A stretch of 64,000 bases of DNA. It comes from the human T2T-CHM13v2.0 reference genome, Homo sapiens. The notes under the pieces were generated by a model that saw only the letters and a program-made list of their open reading frames with translations, did not search any database and was not told the DNA's origin. Positions 1 to 15,690 of the stretch are shown here, in pieces. Numbering within the stretch: the stretch's first letter is position 1; every line of letters begins with the position of its first letter. The position numbers and the translations under genes are program-made. Location of the stretch: NCBI RefSeq assembly GCF_009914755.1, contig NC_060930.1; one strand, written 5' to 3'.

Positions 1-1224
1 ATTCATATACACAGTTATGCCTGATGACATTGACAATTAGAATCTCCAGTTTGGGGAGAAAATGACTTCTAAAGAACACAGACTGGGGTCACAATTTAAA
101 TGCTGATTCAGACCTGTCAATTTTCATGAGAGTGAAAACATCTGTAGGAAGAGGAATGACTACTGCTTTGCAGGGGTGGGAGGTTGTGAAATACATTTGT
201 TTTCAAAACTTCTGTTTGAAAACTCTCAACTGGCACCACCATCAAATAGGAGAACTCTCTTTAAGCACGTTTGTTCCTGTTTGTTTAAAAGAGAATATTC
301 TAAAATATTTGGCTATGCAGCCTGCTTGCTTCTATGCTGAGGGAAATTCTGTGCTCTAGAAGAAGAAAGAAAATCACAAAGCTTGAGCCTGGGAAAAGTG
401 GAAGTAATCTTTCTCCCTATAGCTAATCTCCTTGTAGAGCTGTAAATATGACATGTTGTTAATGGAGGAAAATTAATTCACTCTTCAGAAATATCACTTG
501 TATTTTAACATGGTCGATTTTTTCTACAATGTTTTTATTGGCCCCCCAAAGTACAGATATCTCCAGATAAGTTGTGGATCAAATAAGGAAACTGAGAAGT
601 CCCTACCTCAAGAAAGCAAACATTTTGAAATTTACCAGGCCAATTAATACCGAAGGCAAATGATACATGTATTTCAACACTTTGTTCCTATTCCTCTGAA
701 ACAGTAAGGCAAATATTTACCCAGCTCATCAGGAAATATAACTGTGACCAACACAAAATTGATTTTTTGCCTACATATTAGTCTCAGAAAGGTAAGTTAT
801 AAAAGAGTAGATTAATAGGTACATTGAGAACTTGGTAAACATTTGGAATAGAAAGCTATTTTCTTATATGAAGCTATTTTCCCTTAGTTTGAGGGAAGGG
901 AGCTTTCAAAGAGTATGGTATATAATTTTAAATATTAAGTAAAAAGATTAAATGTCTACAGTCAGTTATTACCTTGTGTGATTTATGCCCGACTCCACCA
1001 CATAAAGTTCTGACATAATACAAAATATTTGCAGAAACAACAGTATAACACACCTGTAAAGGGCAATAGAACAAAGGAGGAGTGTTATAACCTTGAACTG
1101 TTCTTTAGTCCTTGACCACCTTGGGAACTTCCAGTCATCACCTTGCTTTGAGAGCCTTTGGCTTAAACTATACTGGACTTCCTACTTTCATCTCCAAGGT
1201 CCTTCTCTGAACTGGTGGTTGAAG

Positions 1225-1420
1225 TGAGAATAAACAGGAGGGGGCCCATGTGAGAAATATTTAGGAGGTAAAAGGAATGTGTTAGGAGACAGTCAGGAGA
1301 CAGTGTGGTGAGAGGAAGTGATTGAAGATGATGCCCAAGATGGTGGACGGACTGAGGACATCAATGATGGAGACATCTCCTGAGACAAGGAAAATAAGAG
1401 GAAGATCCTGCTTGTTGTTT
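1225..1420 (-). mobile_element. L2-like fragment
   Basis: Purine-rich stretch resembling antisense L2 (agaaatatttaggaggtaaa...gaagatgatgcccaag). Confidence 0.4.
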
Positions 1421-3584
1421 AACACCAGGAAAGAATCACAGATGCCTGCACTCACTAACCAAGGCATCCTCCAGAGGTGTGAATGGAAGACATTAGCACA
1501 GAACCTGGAGGTAAGCAGAGATCCTCAGCTGTCCCCATCAGACTTTGGAAGGCTCCCTGCACCTCACACTTCATGCACACACACTTGTTGTGCCCTCAGC
1601 TTGCCAGATGGGTAACCACAACACATTTAACTATTAAAGGTAAACTGATTCAGTTATACACCATCAGCACAGGAATAAAGAGAACAAAAATATTTTCAAA
1701 AGCTCAGGGGATTCCGCTGCCACCCAATATAATCAACATAGGCTTCCCAGTAAGTCAGAGATGGGCAAGACCATCTCTAGATCTGAGCAGGGCAGCCTGC
1801 CCACTCCTGGCCCCTTCCTGCACCATAAGAGGCCTCATGCATAGGGGTATGGACACCTAGGTCAGCATGTCTAAAATCTACCCAAACACCTGGAAACAAC
1901 CACACCATGGTCATCCCTTAGGGTTAAGGGTACACACAACAACGGTACAGTCCATTCCAGAATAAAAAGCCTACACAGGCCCAAAAAACTAGATTGGGAT
2001 CTTTGCCAGGGAGTTTCAGGGTCCTGGATTGCTGGGGTAAGTTATACAGAGTGTGAGAAATTGGCCCTAGGAGGAGGGGTGTGGCTGGAAGGTGACTTCT
2101 CTGCACTGCCTCATTCTGACACAGAACTCCAAGGAATCTGAAAATTTCCCATTTAAATATGGCCATTCAGGCCAATATAAAAGTCTATTAGGCAAAAAAG
2201 AACTCTTAAATATCTTTTAACAGTTTGTTCACTTGATTTATAGCTTCAGAGTTTATAGATGTGTTATGTGGCCCTTATTTGTATTCTTGTCCCAATTTCC
2301 ACAAATATTAGGAGTAAGGTCTGGAGAAGAGAGACTTGACTCAGCTATTTCATCTGATGGGTTCAGTTCCCATGTTCCTCTTGCACTAAGGGTGACTTGA
2401 CACACCGAGTGTGTTTCTAGGATTAAAAGATAAACATCACTCATGTCACATAGGCCTTAAATGCAAGTCATCTACCTCATCTGATACCAAGTAGGACAGC
2501 CATCATTTCCAACCTTGAGAAAACACTGGCCCTCACAGGCTTATTGAGTGACAGTGTGTCATGTCAGTCTCCAATCTGACCTGTAAATATGGGCATTTAC
2601 ACAGCTATCTATGTATTATTATAGGATTAGTCAAGGGTAATCTTGACTGTATTTTATTTTTTGCTCTATTTACACGTACATGCAGAGCCAAATGATTATC
2701 AGGCATTATGGCAAAGATGTGCATCATTAAAGTGGAAAGGGAAAAAACATAAGTGGGATAATTTGGGCATGATTTCAAATAGGAGAAAAATAAAAGATGC
2801 GGAATAATTTAGACATTTTACTCATCATTTGAACTTTAGACATAAGTTCAAAGACAATGGGATGGCAACAGACTCTTGAGAATGAGGAAGACATCCAATA
2901 TCAACCCTCTCATTTATCTAATTCTAAATAGATTGATTAGAGCAGAGAGGGGAATACTTCAAGGATAGGGTGAATAATTCTATTTATTAAAAAAGGAGAA
3001 AAACAATAAAAGGTTGACTTCTAAATCCCATTATAAGGATTGGATCTTCTGCTGTTTGATAAAAAGTCCAAGTAAACCTTGGCACCCACCTTAAGCCCAG
3101 CAATACAGCTCGATGCCTTGAATTGAAGACATCAACTGAAGGCCAGGCCACTTTTTGCTAAAACTGGTTTATTTTGATGCCTCGAAGCAAGTGTCCTGGA
3201 AACAAACTGTTGGCGAGAAAGACAGTGGTTACTGAATCGGCAAGGGCTAATTTTCAAGGCCTGGGAAAAGCAAAATTGCTTTAAGAAAGATAACACTGCC
3301 GATAATTGAGTTCATCCAAGGGAGGTTTGAAAAGATAGGGCAGTACACACTCAAAGAGAACTAAGTCTTCACTTTAGAGCTGGCTGCCTGCTGTTGAAAA
3401 CATAAGGATTGTCCAGGGCAGTCCTAACTTGACTATTGTTGATATTATATTTATTATTTACTTTTTTAGTAGATTGAGAGACATATTTAGCTTTTGTGGA
3501 ACATATTAGGTTTCCTCCAGCCTAGAATAGTGTAATTTTGGACATAAGTGAAAAAATCATGCTCCATGTGTACTTTTAACAATA

Positions 3585-3800
3585 ATTATTACAGTTATGA
3601 TGGTTATAATATATTGTGTGCCAGACACTGTGATACACATTTCATGTAGACTGCCTTATTTTATTTAATGCTCATAAATACTTTTCAATATGGGTGTGAA
3701 TATGTACATTTTAGCTGAGGCTTGGAGAAGTTAAATACTTGCCCAAAGCCACACAGTTAGTAAGTGATGAAGCTGGTATTTGAAAGGTACTGTCATACTC
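3585..3800 (-). mobile_element. MIR SINE
   Basis: Core motif ctgaggcttggagaagttaaatacttgcccaaagccacacagttagtaagtg. Confidence 0.75.
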
Positions 3801-3911
3801 ATGCAGACTCAGAACCACAGGTTAGGCTGCTTTCTTGTACAATGCAGTTTTATTCTGCATCCAGCTCTCATATACCTATCATTTCTTAATCCTTTGAATT
3901 ATAATCAAAAG

Positions 3912-4180
3912 CAACAATCAGTATATCAAAGCGATACCTGCACCCCCATGTTAATTGCAGCAGTATTCACAATGGCCAAGATATGGAACCAAAGTAAGTG
4001 CCCATCAATTGATGAATGGAAAAAGAAAATGTGGTATATATATATATAGAAAGGAATGCTATTTGTATTTGACCATTAAAAAAAAGAATGAAATCCTATC
4101 ATTTGCAGCAGCACGTATGGCACTGGAGGACATTATGTTAAGTGAAATCCTATCATTTGCAGTGTGGCACTGGAGGACTA
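3912..4180 (+). mobile_element. Old L1 fragment (ORF2 C-terminus)
   Basis: Translates as DTCTPMLIAAVFTMAKIWNQSKCPSIDEW, typical of the L1 ORF2 end. Confidence 0.85.
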
Positions 4181-4195
4181 AAAGTCCCCAAACAA

Positions 4196-4495
4196 GGCTG
4201 GGTGTGGTGGCTCACACCTGTAATCCCAGTACTTTGGGAGGCTGAGGCAGATGGTTCTCTTGAGTCCAGGAATTTAAGACCAGCCTGAGCAACATGGCGA
4301 AACCCCATCTCTACAAAAAATATATGAAAATTAGCCGAGTGTGGTGACATGCACTTGTGGTCCCAGCTACTTGAGGGGCTGAGGTAGGCCCAGGGAGATC
4401 AAGGTTGCAGTGAGCCAAGACCATACCACTGAACTCCAGCCTGGGCAACAGAGAGGAACCCTATCTCAGGAAAAAAAAAAAGAAAAAAAAAAGAA
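4196..4495 (+). mobile_element. Alu (AluJ-like)
   Basis: Dimeric Alu with A tail. Confidence 0.9.
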
Positions 4496-4788
4496 CGGGA
4501 AGAGAAGGCAGACCTAGATAACCACAGAATGAAAATTACTCAGATATTAAGAGACAGTACAGAGAAGAGGCTAAAAAAAAAGTCCTTAGTAGATTTTGAA
4601 GTAAGCGTTAATGTACATAAAGAAAACTGTTTTGGTAAGATGCTATGTATTTCCATTTATTATATTCTTCAGAGTTACATAAACTTTGAAACGCTTACCA
4701 TCAGTTTAGCCAATGTTGACAGCTTCTCAGTTGCCCTTGTCAGTTGCTCTTCCAGGAGCCTCTGGAGGATCCATCACTCAGTAGGAGG

Positions 4789-4958
4789 CAGCACCTGATG
4801 CATAATTTATAGGACACAATGCAAAATGAAAATGTGGGCCCTTTGTTAAAAAATTATTCAGAATTTCAAGACAGTGACAGTAGAGCTTTAAGCTTGGCCA
4901 TTCTGAATGTGAGAGCCTCTGTGACTCACAGGTCACACATCCGTGAAGCTGTCCTTGA
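4789..4958 (-). mobile_element. MER45A-like hAT DNA transposon
   Basis: Reverse complement matches remembered MER45A (gtcttgaaattc...gggcccacattttcattttgca...aaattatg). Confidence 0.75.
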
Positions 4959-5417
4959 TAGGGGCACTCAGAAAGAAGTGTGTCCTGGGCTGCAATGGCA
5001 GTGACCAACGTCCTATTGGAAAGCCACACATCTGTTTCTCATCTCTTTCTAGGCCCACTGAGCACCTTCTCTCAAAACACAATAATTTCCATCAATCTTT
5101 CCAAAAATTATTTAGAAAAGAACCCTTGGAAAGCTCACAATATTTGAACACTTCACACTTTCAGACAGTATATAGTTCCTCTAATCCTAGGCCTAGAATT
5201 TGGGTAATTGCTTCCATCTATGCATTCATCCATTTATTCTTTGGCATAACAGCTAGCTGGAGCTAGCTGGAAGTCTCCACTAAAAGTGTTAAGATACTTT
5301 CATGACAAGGTTTTAGAACCATTTTCTTACCATTATTTTTCAGAAGAAAAAATTTTGCATAAGAACTTTAAAATGTTTGAGGCCGTAGTAAGTATTCTTA
5401 TATTAAGAAGCCTCTGA

Positions 5418-5766
<349 letters not shown>

Positions 5767-6201
5767 CTACCTATTTCCTCTAGAAGCTCTGGCATTATTA
5801 ACTTTTAAACACAGCCTTTTATAGGAGATCTAGCTCCCTCAGATCCTTTGTGGAATGGGGATCAGTGACAACTAGCCTCTTAGAAGGCCTGAGAGCCTCA
5901 ATATCTCCTGTCTTGCAGACTGCTAAGCATCCTGGATGATTTAACTGTCAAATGGGATTACTTTCTTAGTCCTCTTGAGTACTTGATTGCCCAAACTTTT
6001 ATTTTGTTCAGCCCAGAAATCGTATGCTTTCCCACCTCTGTGCATTTGCCTGTTCTTGTCAGCCCACCTGGAAGGCTATTTCCTCACTCCCCCTAAGGCT
6101 ACACATCTGAAATCTTCACATCCTTCAAGCTTGATGACCAGGACTTTTAACCCATTAATCCCACTTTTACAAATCTAATGAAAGAAAATGATCAAGAAAA
6201 T

Positions 6202-6204
<3 letters not shown>

Positions 6205-6241
<37 letters not shown>

Positions 6242-6251
6242 ACACACACAC
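6205..6251. repeat. (CA)n microsatellite
   Basis: Seen directly. Confidence 0.95.
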
Positions 6252-6469
6252 ATTATATTACTCTATGATTTACATTACAAAATCAAAGCAATTTATCTTG
6301 ATCTCTTAATCTTAAGAGTCACACTTTAACTCACTTAATTTTTCTAATGCATATTACAAGTCATGTATACTTAATGTAATCTTTTTCTTCATTCTAAATT
6401 TTTAAACCCGTTTCACTTAAAAGTCAATGATGACTTAGAATAAAGGAAATATCACTAATGCCCCTACAA

Positions 6470-7087
6470 AGTGAGGAAGTTTGGTCCACAAAACCACCCC
6501 CATTTTTGATGACAATTACAGAGTGGCAGGATTCTCAAGACCACTCTCAGTTTCAATAAATCACATAACTCATTGAAAGCTGTTATACTAATGGAAAGAA
6601 TAGAGGATAAAATCATCTAAGATAAGACGCACACAGGGCAGAATACAAGAACAGTCCCAGCATAGAACTTCCATTGGTGCTCACCCAGTAGAATGAGGAA
6701 TGTGACTCCTCTGGCAATGATGCATGACAATACGCACAGATTATTGTCAACCAGAGAAGGCTACTTGATTCTTGGGAATCTGGGTTTTTTATTGGGTTTT
6801 GATCATGTAGACACAATTGATTGTCTATGAGGCTGACCTTTAGTCTTCAGCCCCTCCAGAGACTGAACTGATAACTTTTGTCTCCAGCCCCTCCGGGGGT
6901 AGAAAGGATACCACGTGGTCCACAGCCCCTCCATAAATCACACTGTTGGACTGTTCATCGTGGCTCAAAACCCCAGGAAAACAAAGATAATTTTGTCAGG
7001 GAGGACATTCCAAGGGCCTAGAAATCATCTCTCAGTAGCCAAGGGCAATGACCAGATCTCTCTTTGGGTAAGATTAATTATTTACTG
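6470..7087. mobile_element. MER21-family LTR
   Basis: caagaccactctcagtttcaata...gaaagctgttatact and the downstream layout resemble MER21. Confidence 0.6.
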
Positions 7088-9617
7088 TTTAGCCTCCAAA
7101 TGAGGGATTGGTTAAATTAAATATAGTACCATAATATTATGGGATAACACGCTGCTCATTAAAATTATGTTTTGAAATGTACTTATGACATGGGGAAATT
7201 TGTAGAGCATAGTCTTGTGTATATTTAATTTGAATTGTTTGTGTATGTGTATGTGTGTTGTCTTTAAGCTAACCAATAATATATTTACATTCTTCTGCTT
7301 CAGTGATTTTTTTCAATTGCCCACATTTAGTTTCCACGTAATATGTGTGTGTGTGTTTTTTTCTTTTCCCCATTCAGGTTCTGTATCTTTTTTTTTTACA
7401 GAATAACAGAGACTTTTCCTTTCTTCCTATTACCTTTAGTCCCACTAAATATTGCCAGGCTTTGGCAACATGTAAAGTCAAAGAACAGGGAAGTCTTCTT
7501 TAGAAAGTCCTCCTTGGAAAGTCGGTTGTAGAGACAAGACAGTTTCTCAGCAAGAATTCTCTCTGTTTCTCTGCCTATTAAATTTATTCATTCATTCCTT
7601 AATTTATTGAACAAATCTTACAGTATTTATGCTAAGACTGGGGCTGGCTATACAGATGAGTAGAGCCATAGGGTCTTCCACTTAATGGGCTTGGAACCTG
7701 GTAACAGAAAGAAACATGTAAAGGATAAGCTACTATATATGACAAAAGTGTCCTTTTCCTCCATAGAAACCCAAAGTGGTCCAGCATATTCCAATCTGGA
7801 AACTGAGAAATTCAATAAGGCCACTCTAGCTGAAGCCATAGAGGGTGGAGGCATTTGTAGTACATCTTCCTTCCTCTGTAGGTTCTGTACCATCCATCCT
7901 ACAGACAGATCTTAGAATGTGGTGTTAGGATGGAGGCTTAGACATCTGCTACCTTATGGATCCAGAATTCTGATCATTTTTCTTTTCTTCTCTTTATTTT
8001 GGAATTTGACTCTTTGCTTTCCTCTTAATCCTCAAACTCAAAAGACACACCACATTGCTATTCAAGACATTAAAATGGCAGACCAGGTGTCAAAATGAAT
8101 TGACCTAAATGATTCCAAGTTTTCGACACTTTAATGATTTCACAGTAATTTACCTGGCACCATTTCTGATTTTACCAATTGTTGTAGAGCAAAACAAACA
8201 AAGAAAACAATAACAAAATATGAATCATCAGTTTATTTTTCATAAAAATGATTAATTTGAATAAAAGTATGTTATTCATATTGTTTAATAACAAGTACAC
8301 ACACATGCATACAAAGTGAAAAGTACCGTGATAACTCAGAACAATGACTGTAGAAGTGTAGAAACAAAACACCATATTCTACGTAGAGAAATAAGATGTC
8401 ACTCCCGCCTCTTCTCATGCACAGAATCTGTCTCAACCCCCAATGTTAGTTGATCCTAGGACCCCTAAGATTGTCTTTGGCTCCATTTCTAATGATAGCC
8501 TCATGCCATGTATCTAAATCAGCTGTTTCTGACTCAATGTTAGATATCTTCTTAAGTCAGTATTGTTATTACCAACTTAAAAAATAAGCTCCACCTTTTC
8601 TGCTCTATTCAAAGCCCAGGGGTGTGGGAGAAATCTGCCTGACTACAAGCCAGACAGGGAACACACAAGAACACACACACATGCACATGTTCACAAACCA
8701 AACAACCACCAGAAAGAAAATGCATCTCATTTTGGCCTGTCCAGAGGGCTTGGTAAACAATGGAGAGGATTGAGTGGAAAAAATACCAAAAAACCTACTT
8801 GAAAGCCCTCATTTATGTGTTTAAAAAATAACAGGGAGATGTGAGTGGCTCTCAATTATGGTGTGTTGAGGTGGATATACAGTCATGTTAAATGAATGAG
8901 CCTTACTTTCCTCTTTTCCTCTGGCTATATTTTCCCTATTACATCCAGAGCTACTTTTTTCTTAAACCAGATTTATAAATGAATAATATTGAAGGCAAAT
9001 TTGTTTTGACCAAGGTGATGCCTGTGTTTCAGGTTGCATGAAGAGGGAAAATCTGTGAACAACTTATTCATTGGGTCTAGTTCATGGGTTAGTTGGTTAG
9101 TGCTGAGAAAAACACAGGTCCACCTTCCAGTGGGTTCTTCTTTGCATTTTGAACATCTGGATGACTTAACTGAATCTTAGCTTTTATCCAATCACCTAGC
9201 TTTCCTGTAGACAATTTTAGCATAATATAAAAGTTCTCTAAAATAGGTTAAGGTTGACCTTTTCTCTTATAAACAAATATAATACACATCATACACACAG
9301 TTGTAAATGCAAACACACACATACACACACACACACACACAGAAGCAATTTCTGGTAACGGAAATCAAGAATTACAACATGGAGTTATTTTTTATTTCAA
9401 ATTTCTTGAATTGTTTCTTGGCCTCTCTCTGCTCATTCAGGAAAACATGAGTCCCTCAGGAGCATATATTGTGTTTCCAACTTCCTTTCTATCCTCCATG
9501 GCACCACACCATTTTGAGCATAATAGGAGCTCAGAATATGTTAAATGACTATGTATATGAATGACTCAGAACACAACTCAATGACTGAAAGCTTTTTAAT
9601 TAGAAAATTTCAGAAAA

Positions 9618-9755
9618 GATAACTATTGGTTGCTGGGCTTCATTCCTGGGTGATGAAATAATCTTTACAACAGACCCTCGTGACATGAGTTTACCTGTGT
9701 AACAAACCTTCCCATGTAACCCTGAACCTAAAATAAAAGATTAACTTAAAAAAAA
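9618..9755 (+). mobile_element. L1 3' end fragment
   Basis: aactattgg...gggtgatgaaataatc...aacaaacct...ccctgaacctaaaataaaag. Confidence 0.85.
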
Positions 9756-10329
9756 TTCAGATGCAGGCAATTCATATTAGAGTCTTGTGTCAATGAGTTA
9801 ACTGCCATCAAGAATAAAGTAGTCTTCTATTGCAAGGAGTGCGTAATCTAGCTAGTGAAACAAGATTAATAGAGGTGAAAAACAGCAGAAGATACAAAAA
9901 TGATGCAGTAAGCACCCCACTGTAACATCTTGATGACTATCTGAGTACTACAAAATTCAGAGGAGAGGGATGTTGATGGAAGCAGGAGCAGACAGGGCTG
10001 TCTTCATGCAGGATACAGGGTGCCGCTGGAACCTGGAAGGGCAGTGAGGTTTGCAAAGGTGAAAGAGAGACTGGGTAGTTTTGCTAGTTGAGTGAAATAA
10101 CATGGTGAGGGATAACTTTTCCTTTTGGGACTAGAGCATAAAAAGCAGATGAGTATCAACTTATTTGTTCTTGGAGCCTGTGTACCCCAAGTCAATAAAA
10201 AATAACACCTTGCAAGATAGCTGAGATTAGAAGAAAGCAAGGAGACTGGCCAGACAAGCTTAAGGCCTGTGATGGGTTTGCGACCACATGGGAATAATAT
10301 ATAGTGGGTGATAGACACCCAGGTCCCCT

Positions 10330-10432
10330 AAAGCAGGAACCTGGTCGGCCTTGTTCATTTTGTTCACCACTGTATCTCCAATGCCTAGAACAGTGCCTGG
10401 CCCTTGGTAGGCACCTAAATGATTTTTGTGAA
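10330..10432 (+). mobile_element. L2 3' end
   Basis: ttgttcaccactgtatctccaatgcctagaacagtgcctggc...taggcac. Confidence 0.75.
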
Positions 10433-11466
10433 ATATAAGAATGAATCTTGAAATATTGTTTTTAAGACTGAGTTTGAGGCCCAGCTTATACACACTGAAG
10501 CAGAACCATTTCAGAGACCAACAGAGTGAGTGCTGTGTTTGTTTTCCTGGATGGGCTGGCCTCCAGTGGTGTTTGCTGAAAATACAAGCCCATTTCCCCA
10601 TTAGAGTAAAGGTGAAAAAACTCAAGGAATGCTCTCTTCCCTTCAGAAGTGTGTGAAGGTAAATGTCTTTTTGTAAGCTAGTCTGCTCCCTGCCCAAGCC
10701 TAGAAGCATGAAATTTGATTGCTCATTCCAAAGTATGCATGACTACCAATGTTAATAAGGCTCATAAAAGTGCTTAGCCCTTTATAAACAAACCCATTAT
10801 TTATTCTGCCTGTCTCATCTGTGCACTCTGATAATTGAGTATGTGTGGTAGAGCTTGTTGTGAAAAATGGCTTCAAATCTAGTCAAATCCCCTGATTTAG
10901 TTTCAACTAAATGCAGAGAATGGATCTGTCCCAAGATTAATAGATTATATTTGAAAGGAGGAGATACCCAACTAAGAGAATAAGGACTTGAGATGTAATT
11001 TCACAGGATAAAAATAAAAAGATCATGTTTTGTTTCTTATCCTAGAACTAAGGGATGCTTTGTGGTATTGATCACATTCTACCTTGGTTAATGTTTTCTA
11101 TCAAGCTGTTAGTTTCATGCTACCAAGAAATGTCAGTGCTCAGCCACTAAAACACTGGACATGAAATTCATGGTTATATGTAAACTGTGATATTTCCATT
11201 TTTTTCTGAAAATGGCACTTTTCTCTCATGCTTTTCACCTCTTCCACCTTGAGGCTTTACTTTTGACAAACAGAAGAAATTAAAGAGATTCTTCCCAATA
11301 CGCACATCTATTTCCTGTGTGATCTCATAAGCCTTCAGGGGAAGATGGATGCCAGTGTCTTACAGACGGCAATCCTTAGTGTCTGCACTTTGTTTCCCTT
11401 CTAGGGATATAAAACCTTTGTAACCTCCCCACAGTGTACTCACAGTGGCAGCAGGAATAGAAATGA

Positions 11467-11889
<423 letters not shown>

Positions 11890-11927
11890 TGACCCCATCT
11901 CTCCCAGAGATGAGCTTAGCGTGAAAG

Positions 11928-12775
<848 letters not shown>

Positions 12776-13422
12776 CAGGAGCCAGAGTTGTGTCTAAAAA
12801 TGACACACATGGACCCCGACTCCTGGACTCCTCCTCCTGGGAATGTTGTAAGGTTATGGAGCATATGTAGGACCCACATGCTGTAATGTACTTTTATGTA
12901 ACGAGAAGAAGCATTCAGAAGGGAAAAGCTAGAATTTGGTCACAAAGTCTCAACTCTTGGTCGTGGAAGTTGCTGGCCATGTCTAATCTTGAACAAAGTT
13001 ACTCCTTGCCCATATCTGTGCCTACTGTACATTGTTGCACGTGAAGTTGGGGTTTATTGGCTGCCCTGGAGGGAGAGGCCCAGAGTTACACTTTGATCTG
13101 GGGCTTGACAGTGCACTCCTGGGCTGGCAGGGAGCGTGGAGGTGGATGGAGTGGCCGGGACTGGGAGGGTATAGTGGGGGCATAGTTGATACTCCTCTTG
13201 GAGGTACCCTCAGGATTTGCCTCACAATCTTCTAAATATCTATTATGATAACAACATCTGCATCTTTGAGAGAAGTGTAAATTTTTTGAGAAAATGAAAT
13301 TGATCCAGACCCATGGGTATAATTAACCATGTACATCAAGGTAGTTTTTGTTTTGAAAAATTGGGTGTAACTTGAAAGCTCTGAATACAGAGCTCTAGAG
13401 ATAGACCTAAAGTCATGAGGTC

Positions 13423-13737
13423 AGCCGAGTGTGGTGGCTCACGCCTGTAATCCCAACACTTTAGGGGGCCAATGCAGGAGGATCACTTGAGCCCAGGAGT
13501 TTGAGACCAGCCTAGGAAATACAGTGAGACCTGTCTCTACAAAAAAAAAAAAAAAAAAAAAAAAAATTTAAATTTAGCCAGGCAGAGTGATTCATGCTTG
13601 TAATCCCAGCTACTCAGGAAGCTGAGGAGGGAGGATCGCTTGAGCCTGGGAGGCAGAGGCTTCAGTGAACCATGATTGTGTCAATGCACTCCAGCCTGGG
13701 TGACAGAGGGAGACCCTGTCTCCAAACAAAAACAAAA
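13423..13737 (+). mobile_element. AluJ-like with expanded central A tract (13541-13566)
   Basis: Dimeric Alu. Confidence 0.9.
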
Positions 13738-14099
13738 TGACATTTTGGACTGGATAATTATAAAAAATAAAAAATAAAGTTATGAGATCTATTTTCTTCT
13801 GCATTTTAAACCTGGCTCAGTTCTCACAGGAAATTGCCAAATTTCTTTTGTGAGCTTTTGAAATAAGCATTAAATATGTCTAGAAGGCAAAATACATACA
13901 TGTGGAAAGTGGAATCCTACTTATGTGGAAGGATGAAGTCTTGAACAACATATTCCAAACTTTTAGCAGTGATTATGTTTTGGTGGGGGACAAGTGGGTG
14001 CACAGGGAACTGGAAAGTCAAGTATAATGAGGAAAGAAATGCATACTTTCTGTCTTATAAAAATTTTTACATTTCCAGTAAAATAAAAGCTAATAATAT

Positions 14100-14330
14100 G
14101 AGCTAACATATAGTAGGCACGTACTATGTTCCAGGAATTTTGCTAAATATACTATTTCATTTGATTCTGATAACAACCCTGTAGGCAGTTACCATTACTG
14201 TTTTAATTTTACAGTTTGGTAACTGATGTTTTGGAGAGACTAAATTACTTACCAGAGGATGCACGGCTAAATGTGAGAGCTATAATGTAAACGTGGCATC
14301 CCGATTCTGTAATTCTGGCCACTCCACTGA
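14100..14330 (-). mobile_element. MIR SINE
   Basis: aacaaccctgtaggcagt...attttacag...aactga. Confidence 0.65.
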
Positions 14331-14944
14331 ACCTCCTCAAGTAAGTAAGTAAATAAATAAATAAATAAACAAACAAATAGAAGTAAAAATTCCTCTTTGG
14401 AAAGCAAGGAGTCAACCTCATTACCTCATAGTCACACCTCCTATACATCTTATGCTTACACTCAAATGTAAACTTTGGTTCATTTAAGCAATCAAATGTA
14501 CATTTTTGTAATACACAACCCCTCTCAGCACCTGCAACACCAGGATAAGGAAAGTGCATATACATTTGGGGGAGGCAGAGTGGAGAACAGAAGAGAGGCC
14601 ACATAAAGATACCTGAGGCTGGTGATTGGTCTTCCCTAAAGTGAAAAATAAAAGGCGGAAGGACAGATGGGCTAGTATGAGATTGCAATTTAGGACACTG
14701 AAAGTGCTGTAGACTTGGAAATGTCCTAAGTAAAAGTAATACTGATGGTTTTTTGATATATTTTAAAAGCCTATTTTATATTAACAAGGTAAAAATAATT
14801 ACAAGCATATTTGGGTTTACAGTTCTTCAGTATCATTCTGTTAAAAAGCCTTATTTTCCCTGAGCTATTTTTCTTTCTACTTGTCAAGGGTCACTTTCTT
14901 CTTCATAGGCCCCTGTAGTCCTTCCCCTTACCTTTAAAAGACAT

Positions 14945-15690
14945 TTTCTTTTTTTATTGATACACAATAGTTATACATATTTATGGTGTGCATCTGATAT
15001 TTTGATACATTCATATAATATGTAATGATTCCATCAGGGTAATTGGGATATTCATCACCTCCGGCATTTATAATTTCTATTTTTTGGGAACATTTCAAAT
15101 CTTCTTGTCTAGCTGTTTTGAAATATACAATAAATTACTGTTAACAATCACCTTGTTGTGCTATCAAACACTAGAACTTTCATTTTTTGTATCTAACTAT
15201 ATTTTTGTGCACATTAACTAACCTTTCTTCATCTGTCTTCCCCCTTCCCAATCTCTGGTAGCCATCATTCCTCTCCACCTCCATGAGATTAACTTTTTTA
15301 TATATGAGTGAGAACATGCAATCTTTTTCTTTCTGTGCCTGGCATGTTTTGCTTGATATAATGTTCTATAGTTCCATCCATATCCCTGCAAATGGCAGAA
15401 TTTCATTCTTCTGGATCATATAGTAGATTTATTTGAAATTTTTTGAGGAACTTCCATACTGTTTTCCAGAGTGGCTCTACTAATTTGTCTTCCTACCAAC
15501 AGTGCACTGACATTCCCTTTTTTCAGCATCCTCACCAGTATTTGTTACTTGCTGTCTTTTTAATAATAGCCATTTTAACTAGGGTCCAATGATATCTCAT
15601 TGTGGTATTGATTGCCATTTTCCTAATGATTGCTGATAATGAACAGTTTTTCATATGCCTGTTGGCCTTTTGTATGCTTCTTCTGTAAAA
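14945..15690 (-). mobile_element. Old L1 (L1M) 3' fragment
   Basis: Antisense L1 3' UTR and ORF2 end (ttgaggaacttccatactgttttcca...ttcatatgcctgttggcc). Confidence 0.85.

Noticed and set aside
3161-3170. GRHL-type motif AAACTGGTTT
   Set aside because: Isolated 10-mer; cannot support an enhancer call without chromatin data.
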